Assembly: GCA_964470815.1 (NCBI GenBank)
Contig: CAYYEH010000005.1
Span: 6,073 to 70,072, forward strand
Direction of reading: 5' to 3'
Source of the DNA: an uncultured Rikenella sp.
GTDB lineage: Bacteria > Bacteroidota > Bacteroidia > Bacteroidales > VadinHA17
Length of the DNA: 64,000 nt
This document shows positions 17,034-26,525 of this stretch, one piece after another. The position numbers were made by a program, and so were the translations under genes. Under the pieces are notes generated by a model. That model was not told where the DNA came from, did not search any database, and saw nothing but the letters and a program-made list of their open reading frames with translations. Position 1 is the stretch's first letter; each line of letters begins with the position of its first letter.

Positions 17034-19850
17034 CTATTCGGGCTTGTGATACCTGTCAATAACCCGCCTCAGATCCTCGACGGTAACCGGTTTCGCAAGA
17101 AGTTCCTTCATGCCGCTCTGCTCAACCTTTACCTTGGTTTCCGGCATGTTGTCTGCCGACAGTGCTATTATCTGCGTGTTCCGGTCAAACCCGAGAATGG
17201 TGCGGGCAGCTTCAAAACCATCTATCTCCGGCATGATAAGGTCCATCAGGATCAGGTCATAGGATTTTTCCCTGGCCATGTCAATTGCTTCGGCAGCGCC
17301 GGAGGCATAATCTGCCTGTACGCCAAGCACCTTTAACAGTGATCCCACAACCTTCCTGTTAAGATAGTTGTCATCAACCACAAGTATATTAGGCAGACCT
17401 GACCTGTCAGAGTTAAGGCGGGCTGATCTCCCCCTCAATGCCGGAAAATGTTCCTTAAGAACGGTCATCAGGTCCTCGGCAGCAAAGGGCTTGACCAGCA
17501 GATGGTCAATACCGAGATCGACGCATCTTGCATAGTGTCCTTTAGGATCACGTGATGTGAACATCATTACGATATGTTCAGACGCGAGGCCTTCTTCCAT
17601 AAGCGATTTTGCCGCAACAAAACCGTCGGTGTCAGGCTCGTCGAACAGCACCAGGAGAATGTTCCTGCCCTGGCCGGCGCGGAGACCTGCCTTTATCTGG
17701 GATACGGTATGCTTCTGGAAGCTGGTTACCGATACCGGCAGTCCCACCTTGTGCATTATGCTGAGGAAGTCATCATCACGCCCCTGGCTGCCTGTTATCA
17801 CAAGAGTACGTATATCTGCAGGATCGGTATAGGTACTGAGATCCATATTCTTGGTTATCTTCTCATTGAGATGGACCTTTACAGTAAATGAAACCTTCAG
17901 CCCCCTCTCACGTCCGGAGGCATCCCTGCCTGCAGGGCTCTCGGCCGTCAGTTCGCCGCCCATCAGTTCGGTCAGCTGCCTGGCAAGCACCGGACCCAGC
18001 TTAAGATCTTCAGCCCATTCAGATCGTTCTTTCAGGGTGGTTATGTAGTCACCGAAAAGCTTTTTGATTTCAGCTCTGGTATACGTGTTGCCTGTATCAG
18101 TAAGGGTGAAGCCAAGGGTGTAACTGTTTCCCAGTGATTTAATGACACTGCAATCAAGCCTGATCTCTCCTGAAGTGGTGCCCGAAACAGAGTGGCTCAT
18201 GAGATTTGTGATAATCTGCCTGAGCCGGTACGGGTCGCCGATCAGGTTTTCGGGTACAGCCTGGTCAATGTCAGATTCAAATCTGACAGGTGCTTCCGGA
18301 TTCTGACGCCTGATGAGATTCATACAGTATGCCACCTCCTCCCTGAGCCTGAAGGGGATCTCGTCAAGGATCATTTTTCCTGTTTCCACCTTTGATACAT
18401 CGAAGATATCGTTGATGATGTTCAGAAGCAGGTCTGCCGAACGTCTGAGAAGCCTGGCAATATCCTTTGTCTCTTCAGGCAGATCGGCCCTGTTCAGCAT
18501 CTCTGTCATACCCAGAATGCCATTCAGCGGAGTACGTATCTCAAAGCTCATCCTGGCAAGCATCTCTGACTTCGCAATATTGGCATCAGCCTCCTGTTGC
18601 CGTGCAAGCTCCAGCGAGGTTATGTCAATGAGGGCATCAAGGGTGTTGCCGGCACCTTCAAAGGTTACCGGAATAGTGTTCAGGAAAATGATTTTCTCCC
18701 CTCCGGGAGACGGGAGCCTGATCACCTTCCCCTGCCCGAATCGGGCAGTAATATCGCTTGAGTATTCATTTCCCGACAGGTCTGGCATAAGCTTCCCTTT
18801 CATGGCTGCTTCATCCTCAAATGAAAACAGGATGGCTGCCTGCCTGTTGGCTCTGAGTATTTCTCTCCCTTCATTGTAAATGATGAACCCCACAGGCATC
18901 TGGTCAAGGATAGAGAGCAGGCTGGTCTCCGATGTGGTCTTACCGGCAAGCTGCTTCGATTGCCGCCGGATGAACCCCCTGAACATCAGAATCACGAAAA
19001 GGAGGGTGAACATTGTCAGCAGGCCAAGGATGAGGGAGTTGCGTACAATGACCTTCTGAAAGAACTCCGTTGGCGCCGAGAAAACTAGACCAAAGTCAAT
19101 CCCCAGAATATTAACAGGGTAGTATGATGACAATATCTCTTCCTCAGATCCGGCAATGTTCATGGAATGTGAAATCCTGCCCGAGTTGCCGAGATCAAGG
19201 GCATTGGCAAGACGGTCAGTGTGGGTGTAACTCACCTCGCCCGGGTGATTGTCAAAGACCACTGCACCGGTATCATTCACCACCCACTGCCACTGATACT
19301 GCTCCAGGTTGTATTTTGCAAATATTCCTGAAAAGAATCGGCTGAAGTCAATGGTTATCACCAGGTTGCCCAACACTTTGCCGTTGGCGAGAACAGGCAG
19401 GTAGTACTTGTACCTGTCACGCTCAGCCTCGAGTTTTTCCATGGTATGGATGTATGGTACCGTCTGTGCCCTGTATGAACCATCAAGCCATGAATTCCTT
19501 TCCTCATCCTTGAACAGGGTATATACATCGCCGTCCGTGTTGTATAACATAAGGCCGACAACTATGTCCTCGTACCTGGAGTAGTACAGCTTCATCTTTT
19601 CCTTAGCCCTCTCATTGACTTCAGGATCAGAAAAAAAGAGTGTGATGTCTTCAGAAAAATCTATTTCATTGAGGTCGCTGATAATATACATTCCCGTATT
19701 GTCAACATCCGAGCCTGCAATCATTACCTGCCTGTCAAGCAGTTTGTTGGAATATTCAATCTGATTCCTGTAAAGGCTGAAATAGAATAATGCCGTTACC
19801 AGCATCAAAAGCACGAATGCGCTGTATGCAGCAATGAAGGTTCTTCTCAT
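17034..19850 (-). CDS. Hybrid sensor histidine kinase/response regulator homolog with degenerate kinase core
   Basis: 938 aa. The order is TM, extracytoplasmic sensor, TM, PAS-like domain, DHp-like segment (MSFEIRTPLNGILG), HATPase-like domain, receiver-like domain, and a canonical receiver (ILVVDDN..., LILMDLIMPEIDG, ALSA, AKP). See the finding. Confidence 0.85.
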   Translation of the reverse strand: MRRTFIAAYSAFVLLMLVTALFYFSLYRNQIEYSNKLLDRQVMIAGSDVDNTGMYIISDLNEIDFSEDITLFFSDPEVNERAKEKMKLYYSRYEDIVVGLMLYNTDGDVYTLFKDEERNSWLDGSYRAQTVPYIHTMEKLEAERDRYKYYLPVLANGKVLGNLVITIDFSRFFSGIFAKYNLEQYQWQWVVNDTGAVVFDNHPGEVSYTHTDRLANALDLGNSGRISHSMNIAGSEEEILSSYYPVNILGIDFGLVFSAPTEFFQKVIVRNSLILGLLTMFTLLFVILMFRGFIRRQSKQLAGKTTSETSLLSILDQMPVGFIIYNEGREILRANRQAAILFSFEDEAAMKGKLMPDLSGNEYSSDITARFGQGKVIRLPSPGGEKIIFLNTIPVTFEGAGNTLDALIDITSLELARQQEADANIAKSEMLARMSFEIRTPLNGILGMTEMLNRADLPEETKDIARLLRRSADLLLNIINDIFDVSKVETGKMILDEIPFRLREEVAYCMNLIRRQNPEAPVRFESDIDQAVPENLIGDPYRLRQIITNLMSHSVSGTTSGEIRLDCSVIKSLGNSYTLGFTLTDTGNTYTRAEIKKLFGDYITTLKERSEWAEDLKLGPVLARQLTELMGGELTAESPAGRDASGRERGLKVSFTVKVHLNEKITKNMDLSTYTDPADIRTLVITGSQGRDDDFLSIMHKVGLPVSVTSFQKHTVSQIKAGLRAGQGRNILLVLFDEPDTDGFVAAKSLMEEGLASEHIVMMFTSRDPKGHYARCVDLGIDHLLVKPFAAEDLMTVLKEHFPALRGRSARLNSDRSGLPNILVVDDNYLNRKVVGSLLKVLGVQADYASGAAEAIDMAREKSYDLILMDLIMPEIDGFEAARTILGFDRNTQIIALSADNMPETKVKVEQSGMKELLAKPVTVEDLRRVIDRYHKPE

Positions 19851-19877
19851 TGGTAATATGTCCCGAATGGATAACGC

Positions 19878-20801
19878 TTATCTGTACTTTTCATTGTCTT
19901 CAAGGACCATGCTCAGGTAGCTTTTGTATCTCCAGGGTTCTATTTCGTTGCGGGATACCGCTTCCGTGACTGCACAGCCTGGTTCATCAAGGTGCAGGCA
20001 ATTATGAAACCTGCATCCTGAAGATACCCTGAAGATTTCCGGGAAAAAGTGGTAAATCTCCCTGCGGTCAAAGTCAATGACACCGAAGCCTCTTATCCCC
20101 GGTGTATCAATCACATAACCACCCCCGGGAAGAGGATGCATTTCCGGGAATGTGGTTATATGTTTTCCCTGTTCGTGATAATCTGATATTGGACCGGTTC
20201 TGAGATCAAGTGACGGGTTCAGCCTGTTGAGCAGGGTGCTTTTACCTACGCCTGAGTTGCCTGAGATAAGGGTGGTTTTGTTTTTCAGCAGGTTGCTTAC
20301 TTCTTCGAGGCTGATATCTTCGGTTGCGGAAATCATAAGGACGAGATATCCTGTTTTTTCATAAACCGCCCTGATCCTGCGGGCGGTAGTCATCTCCTCT
20401 TCCCCGTAAAGATCAGTCTTGTTGATTATCAGGATTGCCGGAATGCGGTATGCTTCAGCGGTTGCAAGGAACCGGTCAATGAATTCAACAGGTGTTGCAG
20501 GCATTCTGACCGTAATTATGAGGACTGCCTGGTCAATATTTGCGGCAATTATCTGTGATTCCCTCGAAAGGTTAGATGCCCTGCGGATGATATAGTTTCT
20601 TCTTGGGGAGAGTGACACGATTACTCCTTCGGCAATATCAACCGTGACATGATCACCCACGGCCAGAGGATTGGTGGTACGGACACCGCTGACCCTGAAA
20701 CGGCCCCTGAGATGGCATTCATGGACCATGCCGTCCCCGTCGAGAACCCGGTACCGGCTTCCGGTCGATTTAATCACTATCCCATCTATTTTTTTGCTCA
20801 T
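19878..20801 (-). CDS. rsgA: Ribosome small-subunit-dependent GTPase A
   Basis: NKTDL, GNSGVGKSTLLN, and the zinc knuckle CRFHNCLHLDEPGC. Confidence 0.9.
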   Translation of the reverse strand: MSKKIDGIVIKSTGSRYRVLDGDGMVHECHLRGRFRVSGVRTTNPLAVGDHVTVDIAEGVIVSLSPRRNYIIRRASNLSRESQIIAANIDQAVLIITVRMPATPVEFIDRFLATAEAYRIPAILIINKTDLYGEEEMTTARRIRAVYEKTGYLVLMISATEDISLEEVSNLLKNKTTLISGNSGVGKSTLLNRLNPSLDLRTGPISDYHEQGKHITTFPEMHPLPGGGYVIDTPGIRGFGVIDFDRREIYHFFPEIFRVSSGCRFHNCLHLDEPGCAVTEAVSRNEIEPWRYKSYLSMVLEDNEKYR

Positions 20802-20809
20802 CCTGCAGC

Positions 20810-20849
20810 AAAAATAAAAAAGTGATGCCTCGTAATTGCGGGCATCACT
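20810..20849 (-). terminator. Rho-independent terminator after pfp
   Basis: Perfect 9-bp stem AGTGATGCC (20821-20829) / GGCATCACT (20841-20849). On the minus strand it is followed by TTTTTATTTTT (plus 20810-20820). The T-tract ends 9 nt before the rsgA ATG (20801). Confidence 0.6.
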
Positions 20850-20877
20850 CTGTTTATTACAGCTTTCCGGGCCCTTT

Positions 20878-22083
20878 TCAATATTCTGCAGCCATAAGGA
20901 AGAATGGCTTCATCTCAAAATTGGAATAATATGGCCTGAGCCTTTCGGTGTTATAGTATTCAGATACCTTGACCACCTTTTTAGATGAAGTGACCACATC
21001 GATGGGGACGTTGTCATACCTTCCGTTCTTGAGCACCACCACCCTGCCATGAATTCCCTTCATGATAAGGTCAAGCGCCAGGTTTCCGAATGCCATGGGA
21101 ACTATGGAGTCAACTGCGTCAGGATCACCTCCGCGAACCATGTATCCTAGCTTCTGGTTGATTATGTTAATTGTTTTGCCATTATTGTATTTTGCCGTAT
21201 GCTCCTTGATCTCAGCCGAGACAAGGTCACCTATTCCTCCCAGCTTTGCATGGCCGTAGGCATCTTTCTCACTGTCCTGAAATATCATTTCACCACCCTT
21301 GTAAAGGGCACCCTCTGAGACAAGAACTATGGAATAATGGCTGGGGTTAGAGTTGCGGTCTTCAACCAGGAGCCTGGTAAGCTGTTCAATATCAAATTTA
21401 TATTCAGGAATTACACACCTGTTGGCTGCACCTGCCATAGTGGGAAGCATTGCAGTGAAGCCGGCGTACCTTCCGAACACCTCAAGCACCATGATACGCT
21501 CATGTGAACCGGCCGAAGTACGCAGTGTGTTGGTCATCTGTATGGTACGTGTGACGCAGGTGCTGAAACCGATGCAGTAGTCAGTTCCGGGGACATCATT
21601 GTCCATGGTCTTCGGGATGGCAACAACTTTCACCCCCTGCTTGTAGAGATGGACCCCGTAGCTGAGGGTGTCATCACCGCCGATCGGAATGAGATAGTCA
21701 ATACCAAGCCATTCAAGGTTTTTAAGCACCTCGGGAGTCATGTCATTGATCTCATCCTTGTAGGTATCCTTAAGGTGGTCCGGCACATTGTTCTTTGATA
21801 CATGGCTTGGCCTGGTGCGTGATGTGTGGAGGTATGTGCCGCCTGTCCTTCCGGCCCTGTTCACGATGTCATCCGTCAGGATCTGGAAACACTGGCTGTT
21901 GTCAGCTTTGGGATCCCTGATAATTTCAAGGATTCCGGCCCAGCCCCTCCGCAGCCCGATAACCTTGTATCCTTCCCTGTTGGCCCTGATGGTAACAGCC
22001 CTGATAGCAGGGTTAAGACCCGGTACATCACCGCCGCCTGTCAGGATCCCTATCACTCCTTTGATTTTCTTCTGGTTTGCCAT
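20878..22083 (-). CDS. pfp: 6-phosphofructokinase, predicted pyrophosphate-dependent
   Basis: GILTGGGDVPGLN. PIGGDDTLSYG has Asp where ATP-PFKs have Gly. AIPKTMDNDV has Lys where E. coli PfkA has Gly. Confidence 0.8.
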   Translation of the reverse strand: MANQKKIKGVIGILTGGGDVPGLNPAIRAVTIRANREGYKVIGLRRGWAGILEIIRDPKADNSQCFQILTDDIVNRAGRTGGTYLHTSRTRPSHVSKNNVPDHLKDTYKDEINDMTPEVLKNLEWLGIDYLIPIGGDDTLSYGVHLYKQGVKVVAIPKTMDNDVPGTDYCIGFSTCVTRTIQMTNTLRTSAGSHERIMVLEVFGRYAGFTAMLPTMAGAANRCVIPEYKFDIEQLTRLLVEDRNSNPSHYSIVLVSEGALYKGGEMIFQDSEKDAYGHAKLGGIGDLVSAEIKEHTAKYNNGKTINIINQKLGYMVRGGDPDAVDSIVPMAFGNLALDLIMKGIHGRVVVLKNGRYDNVPIDVVTSSKKVVKVSEYYNTERLRPYYSNFEMKPFFLMAAEY

Positions 22084-22183
22084 TTTAAATGCTCTGTGTT
22101 ATATGGTTCAAATGCAGGCCGTAAAAGTAGAGTATTTCAAAATCATATCAAAAAGGTAATCTGCCTCCACTTGATTTTTTTAA

Positions 22184-22191
22184 TATTTTTG
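22184..22191 (+). promoter_or_regulatory. Bacteroidota -7 promoter box candidate
   Basis: TATTTTTG is an exact TAnnTTTG match, 13 nt upstream of the ATG at 22204. Confidence 0.25.
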
Positions 22192-22203
22192 ACAAAAAAG
22201 TAA

Positions 22204-22626
22204 ATGAAAAAAACAGATAAGGGGATAAAGTACTTCAGGGATGGTTACAGCTGTTCCCAGTCGGTACTGATGGCATTTACCGGAGAGAGCGGTGATTCGG
22301 CCAGGGTGGCGGCCGCATTTGGTGGCGGAATGGGAAGGATGCAGAAGACCTGCGGGGCCGTGACAGGGGCATATCTGTGGTTCGGGATGGCATACGGGGC
22401 ACCCGGATTGCCGGAAGAGAGTGACAAGACAAGGGTATATGGCAGGGTAAAGGAGTTCAACAGGATATTCACCGAACGAAATGGTACCGATATCTGCTCC
22501 GAACTTCTTGGCGAAGACCTTAATGACCCTGAGGGAAAAAAGAATATAGAAACCCGGGGGCTCACGCAGAAAGTATGCGAAAAATGCATACGGGATGCAA
22601 TTCAAATCATCGAATCTCTTGAATAG
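22204..22626 (+). CDS. C_GCAxxG_C_C family redox-type protein
   Basis: YSCSQSVL, TCGAVTGAYL, and the C-terminal CEKCIRDA, at ~140 aa. Confidence 0.8.
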   Translation: MKKTDKGIKYFRDGYSCSQSVLMAFTGESGDSARVAAAFGGGMGRMQKTCGAVTGAYLWFGMAYGAPGLPEESDKTRVYGRVKEFNRIFTERNGTDICSELLGEDLNDPEGKKNIETRGLTQKVCEKCIRDAIQIIESLE

Positions 22627-22629
22627 TCA

Positions 22630-23532
22630 ATGCACAGGGTTGTAATAACCGGTGGCACCGGCCTGATAGGCTCACGCCTGAGCACACTCCTTGCCGCTGA
22701 CGGTTGGGAGGTTGTGCATCTTACCCGCGGAGAAACAAAAAAGGAGAAGTACGGGTCATTCAGATGGGATCCCGGGAGCGGCTACTGTGATGTCAATGCA
22801 TTCCGCGAGGGAGATGCCATTGTTCACCTGGCTGCATCAAATATCGGACAGGGGAGATGGACTGAAGCACGGAAGAAGGAGATCATCCGCAGCCGAACCA
22901 TCAGCGGTGATCTCATCTACAGGATGACCATAGGGTTTGGCATAACTCCATCTGTATTCATAACTGCTTCAGGAGTAAATTACTACGGGTCAGGGATTTC
23001 GGAACATGCCTTTACGGAGAATGATCCGCCGGCAAAAGACTTCCTCGGAGAGACTTGCCGTTTATGGGAAGCAGCTTCCGACCCCTTCAGTGAGGCAGGT
23101 GTAAGGGTGGTTAAGCTGCGTACGGCGGTGGTGATGGCACAGTCAGGATCTGCGTTGAACAGGATGACTGCTCCTGCCATGGCCGGACTGATAGTCAGGC
23201 TCTCACCGGGCAACCAGTATTTTCCGTGGATTCACATTGACGACCTCTGCGGAATATATCACAGGGCACTATCAGACAGCACATTAACTGGTCCGTACAA
23301 TGCCGTGGCACCGCATCATGTGACTCATGACCAGCTGATGGGTGAGGTGGCCCGCCTCAAGGGGCTGCCCGTATTCCTCCCCCATGTGCCGGTGTGGCTG
23401 CTCAGGGTGGTACTGGGCGAAATGTCGGTGGTACTCACAAGGGGCAGCCGCATCTCCTCAGACCGTATTTCAGCAACGGGGTTCCGCTTCAGGTACCCTG
23501 ATATATCATCTGCTCTCAGGTCCTGCCTGTAA
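22630..23532 (+). CDS. TIGR01777-type NAD-dependent epimerase/dehydratase family protein (DUF1731 C-terminus)
   Basis: VITGGTGLIGSRL Rossmann motif, 300 aa, with the SSDRISATGFRFRYP C-terminal signature. Confidence 0.8.
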   Translation: MHRVVITGGTGLIGSRLSTLLAADGWEVVHLTRGETKKEKYGSFRWDPGSGYCDVNAFREGDAIVHLAASNIGQGRWTEARKKEIIRSRTISGDLIYRMTIGFGITPSVFITASGVNYYGSGISEHAFTENDPPAKDFLGETCRLWEAASDPFSEAGVRVVKLRTAVVMAQSGSALNRMTAPAMAGLIVRLSPGNQYFPWIHIDDLCGIYHRALSDSTLTGPYNAVAPHHVTHDQLMGEVARLKGLPVFLPHVPVWLLRVVLGEMSVVLTRGSRISSDRISATGFRFRYPDISSALRSCL

Positions 23533-23594
23533 GAGACATAGTCAGCCCTGAAGGGCCTTGTCAGAGAGGGTAGGATTCACCGGCTTTAACAGCA

Positions 23595-24929
23595 CTACAT
23601 CCCTCCTATCTGCATTTCAGCCACCCTGAAGGTGGGTGCGGCAAATGACCGGTTCATGTCAATGTCATTGCCCATCATGTCAATTCCGTTGAGGATGGCA
23701 TCGCCGCTTCCCGCGATTGTCAGTCCATCAACCGGATAGAGAATCTCCCCCTTTTCGATCCAGAACCCTGATGCGCCGCCGCTAAAGTTGCCGCTGACGG
23801 CGTCTATGCCATACCCGGTAACCCCGCTGAGAAGCAGTCCCCTGTCAGTGGCAGCGATGATCTCACTGCGGCTCTGCTTTCCTGTTTCAAGTGAAAGATG
23901 GTGTGTGCCGATGCCGGGCAGTGAGGTGTAGCCGTTTCTGGCGGCGTTGCCTGTGCTGACGGTTCCCGCCCTGCGGGCGGCAATAGTATTGTACACGAAC
24001 CCGCTGACGACTCCCTTATCAACCAGGATTCGTCTCTGTGTAGGAACACCCTCTCCGTCAAACGGGGCTGCGCCCATGGAGCGTGCCCTGGTGCCGTCGT
24101 CAATGATGGTCAGCAGTGGTGAAGCAAACTGTTTACCCATCGAATGGGCCAGGAAGCTGGCACCCTGAATCACCCTTTCGCCATTGAGGGCTGTTATGAC
24201 ACCGCGCAACAATGACCCGGCAACATCGGGGTCAAAGATCACTGAGGCTTTCTGCGTCTTCACCATTCGCGGATCAAGCATCTCCCAGGCTTTGCGAGCC
24301 GCTTTAGCAGCTATCTGGTCCGGCGGTGTGAGGTCACCGAAGAAACGGCGTGTGCTGTATTCACCTCCTGTCTTCTTCTGCTCTCCCTTCTCAGCCACCA
24401 CACTCACACCAAGAGAGCATCCGGATGCCTTGTAGCTGGCTGCTCTGCCTGACGAGCTGGCAATAAATACTTCAAAAACACTTTCACCGTAGGATGAACC
24501 AGAACTCTTGGTTATCCTGCCGTCACTCATCGCCATTTTTTCGAGCTCCAGGGCCATGGCTATCTTCCGGTCAAGGGCTATCCCCGCGATTTCGGGGTCA
24601 AAAAGATCCTGCACGGCGGTTTCTCCGATCAGTTCCGGCAGAACATTGCTCTCATCCGGGGTGGTGAGCCTGGCGAACTTAACCGCCATGGCAATAGTGT
24701 CGTCCAGGGCTTTCATCTCCAGGCTGTTGCTGTAGCTGAAGCCAAGCGATCCTCCGGCGATGACACGTATTCCCACTCCTGCTGAATCGGCCTCTTCAAT
24801 GGTTTCGATCTCACCGTTAAGGATGTTAACCGACAGGTTTCGTCCGGCAGATATGTATATTTCAGCTGCATCTGCCCCTGCTTTGAGGGCTTTGGATACA
24901 AGTTTCTCTGCAAGTGATAGATAATTCAT
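23595..24929 (-). CDS. pmbA: PmbA/TldE family metalloprotease subunit (no signal peptide)
   Basis: 444 aa with a TldD/PmbA fold (GVGIRVIAGGSLGFSYSN...; C-terminal GNFSGGASGFWIEKGE). The N-terminus MNYLSLAEKLVSKALKAG has no export signal. Confidence 0.85.
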   Translation of the reverse strand: MNYLSLAEKLVSKALKAGADAAEIYISAGRNLSVNILNGEIETIEEADSAGVGIRVIAGGSLGFSYSNSLEMKALDDTIAMAVKFARLTTPDESNVLPELIGETAVQDLFDPEIAGIALDRKIAMALELEKMAMSDGRITKSSGSSYGESVFEVFIASSSGRAASYKASGCSLGVSVVAEKGEQKKTGGEYSTRRFFGDLTPPDQIAAKAARKAWEMLDPRMVKTQKASVIFDPDVAGSLLRGVITALNGERVIQGASFLAHSMGKQFASPLLTIIDDGTRARSMGAAPFDGEGVPTQRRILVDKGVVSGFVYNTIAARRAGTVSTGNAARNGYTSLPGIGTHHLSLETGKQSRSEIIAATDRGLLLSGVTGYGIDAVSGNFSGGASGFWIEKGEILYPVDGLTIAGSGDAILNGIDMMGNDIDMNRSFAAPTFRVAEMQIGGM

Positions 24930-24953
24930 ATCATTGATTGTTAATGATTCACA

Positions 24954-26486
24954 CTAAGCTTTGCTGCCACCCACGTTAATTCCCCTTATTCTTACCGTTG
25001 GCTGCCCTGCGGTAACTTCTGCGCTCTGGCCCTTGCCACATATGCCCGGACCGAATGCAAGATCGTTTCCAACTGCATCTATGTTGGAGATCACATCCAT
25101 GCAGGACCCTATGAGTGTGGCTCCCCTTACCGGGACAGTTTTCTTCCCGTTTTCAATCAGGTAAGCCTCACGGCATGTGAAATTGAACATACCGGTAACC
25201 GGATTGACGCTGCCGCCGCTGAGGCTCTGGACATAGATTCCCTTTTTGGTGGAAGCCAGGATTTCTGCAGGGTCATCATTGCCCCGGGCAATGAATGTAT
25301 TTGTCATCCTGGGGATGGGGATATACCTGAAGTTCTCCCGGCGTCCGTTCCCGGTCCGTTTCATTCCAAGCTGCCTGGCACTGAGTATATCGGTCATATA
25401 ACCGTTGAGTACTCCGTTTTCTATCAGCACATTGCGTTGTGCCGGAGTTCCCTCGTCGTCATGATTGATTGTTCCACGGTAATTGGGCAGGGTGCCGTCA
25501 TCAATCATCGTAAAGCAGTCGCTTGCAACTTTTTGTCCTACTTTTCCGGTGAATGCACCGATTCCCTTTGAAATGTTATCAGCCTCAAGAGGATGCCCCA
25601 CGGCCTCATGTACCAGGACGCCGCCCCAGCCATTCTGCATCACCACATCCATTATGCCGGCCGGTGCCTCCTGGGCCGAGAGCATGGCGATGGCCTCACG
25701 TGAGGCATTCTGTGCCACCTCCTCAGGAGTCACCTGTGCAAACATCTCGAACCCGCTGTGCATGCTGAGCCGTTCACGCGCCATATGCCTGGCCTTGCCG
25801 TCGGATGACATAGCCTGTACAATGAAGAAGAGAAGTGGCAGCTCATCGCGGAGATAGAGTCCTTCACTGTTTGCAATGACTCGACCCCTTACTTCGTCAT
25901 AGTAATCTATCATGGCCATTTTTATCCTCGGGTCATAGGCAAGTGCTGCCTGATCTGCCCTTCTTATCATCTCGATGCGCTGTTCATCGGCAATCTCTCC
26001 AAGAGGCATTTCAACAGTCACAAACGATTTGTAGTCTGCTTCGGCGAGTCCGGCGATTGTAGCGACTGCTCCGCCTGAAGCCACGTATGCGGCCACCTCG
26101 GCGGCTCGCATCAGCCTCTCTTCGGATACCACATCAGTGTAGGCATACCCGGTTTTATTTCCGCTGATAACCCTGACACCGGCACCCTGGCTGATACCGT
26201 AAAGGCCGCTCCTGAATTTTGACTCCTCCATGACAATCTGTTTCGAGACACGGTTCTCGATATAAACCTCGGAGAAGTCGCCGCCTTTCTCAAGCGCTTT
26301 CTTCAGCACCCGGGAGATCATATCCCTGTCAGTGTCAAGTGCTGTCGCTGCAGCTGCATTACCGCCGCATGAGGTGAGCTGTGAAAGGAGCGCCGGCGTC
26401 ATGGCAACAGCCAGGCCACCCTTCGCCGTCAGCCCCAGAAATCGCCTGCGGGGGATATCTCGAACGGAAAATTGCTGTAATCTCAT
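24954..26486 (-). CDS. tldD: TldD family metalloprotease with twin-arginine (Tat) signal and possible lipobox
   Basis: The N-terminus IPRRRFLGLTAKGGLAVAMTPALLSQLTSCGG carries an RRxFL Tat motif plus LTSC. The catalytic HEAVGHPLE motif is present. Confidence 0.85.
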   Translation of the reverse strand: MRLQQFSVRDIPRRRFLGLTAKGGLAVAMTPALLSQLTSCGGNAAAATALDTDRDMISRVLKKALEKGGDFSEVYIENRVSKQIVMEESKFRSGLYGISQGAGVRVISGNKTGYAYTDVVSEERLMRAAEVAAYVASGGAVATIAGLAEADYKSFVTVEMPLGEIADEQRIEMIRRADQAALAYDPRIKMAMIDYYDEVRGRVIANSEGLYLRDELPLLFFIVQAMSSDGKARHMARERLSMHSGFEMFAQVTPEEVAQNASREAIAMLSAQEAPAGIMDVVMQNGWGGVLVHEAVGHPLEADNISKGIGAFTGKVGQKVASDCFTMIDDGTLPNYRGTINHDDEGTPAQRNVLIENGVLNGYMTDILSARQLGMKRTGNGRRENFRYIPIPRMTNTFIARGNDDPAEILASTKKGIYVQSLSGGSVNPVTGMFNFTCREAYLIENGKKTVPVRGATLIGSCMDVISNIDAVGNDLAFGPGICGKGQSAEVTAGQPTVRIRGINVGGSKA

Positions 26487-26525
26487 AATGGATCCTCCAA
26501 CTTGATTGAATTGACAATTTATTGA

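Noticed and set aside
18313-18879. Long antisense ORFs inside well-supported genes. Examples are 18313-18879 (188 aa), 39201-39788 (195 aa), 52480-53001 (173 aa), 33851-34369 (172 aa), 56469-56963 (164 aa), 26913-27401 (162 aa) and 7993-8358 (121 aa).
   Set aside because: Each is fully nested opposite a CDS with clear family motifs. Their translations are low-complexity (S/L/R/P-rich) with no recognisable domains. Such shadow ORFs are expected from codon bias.
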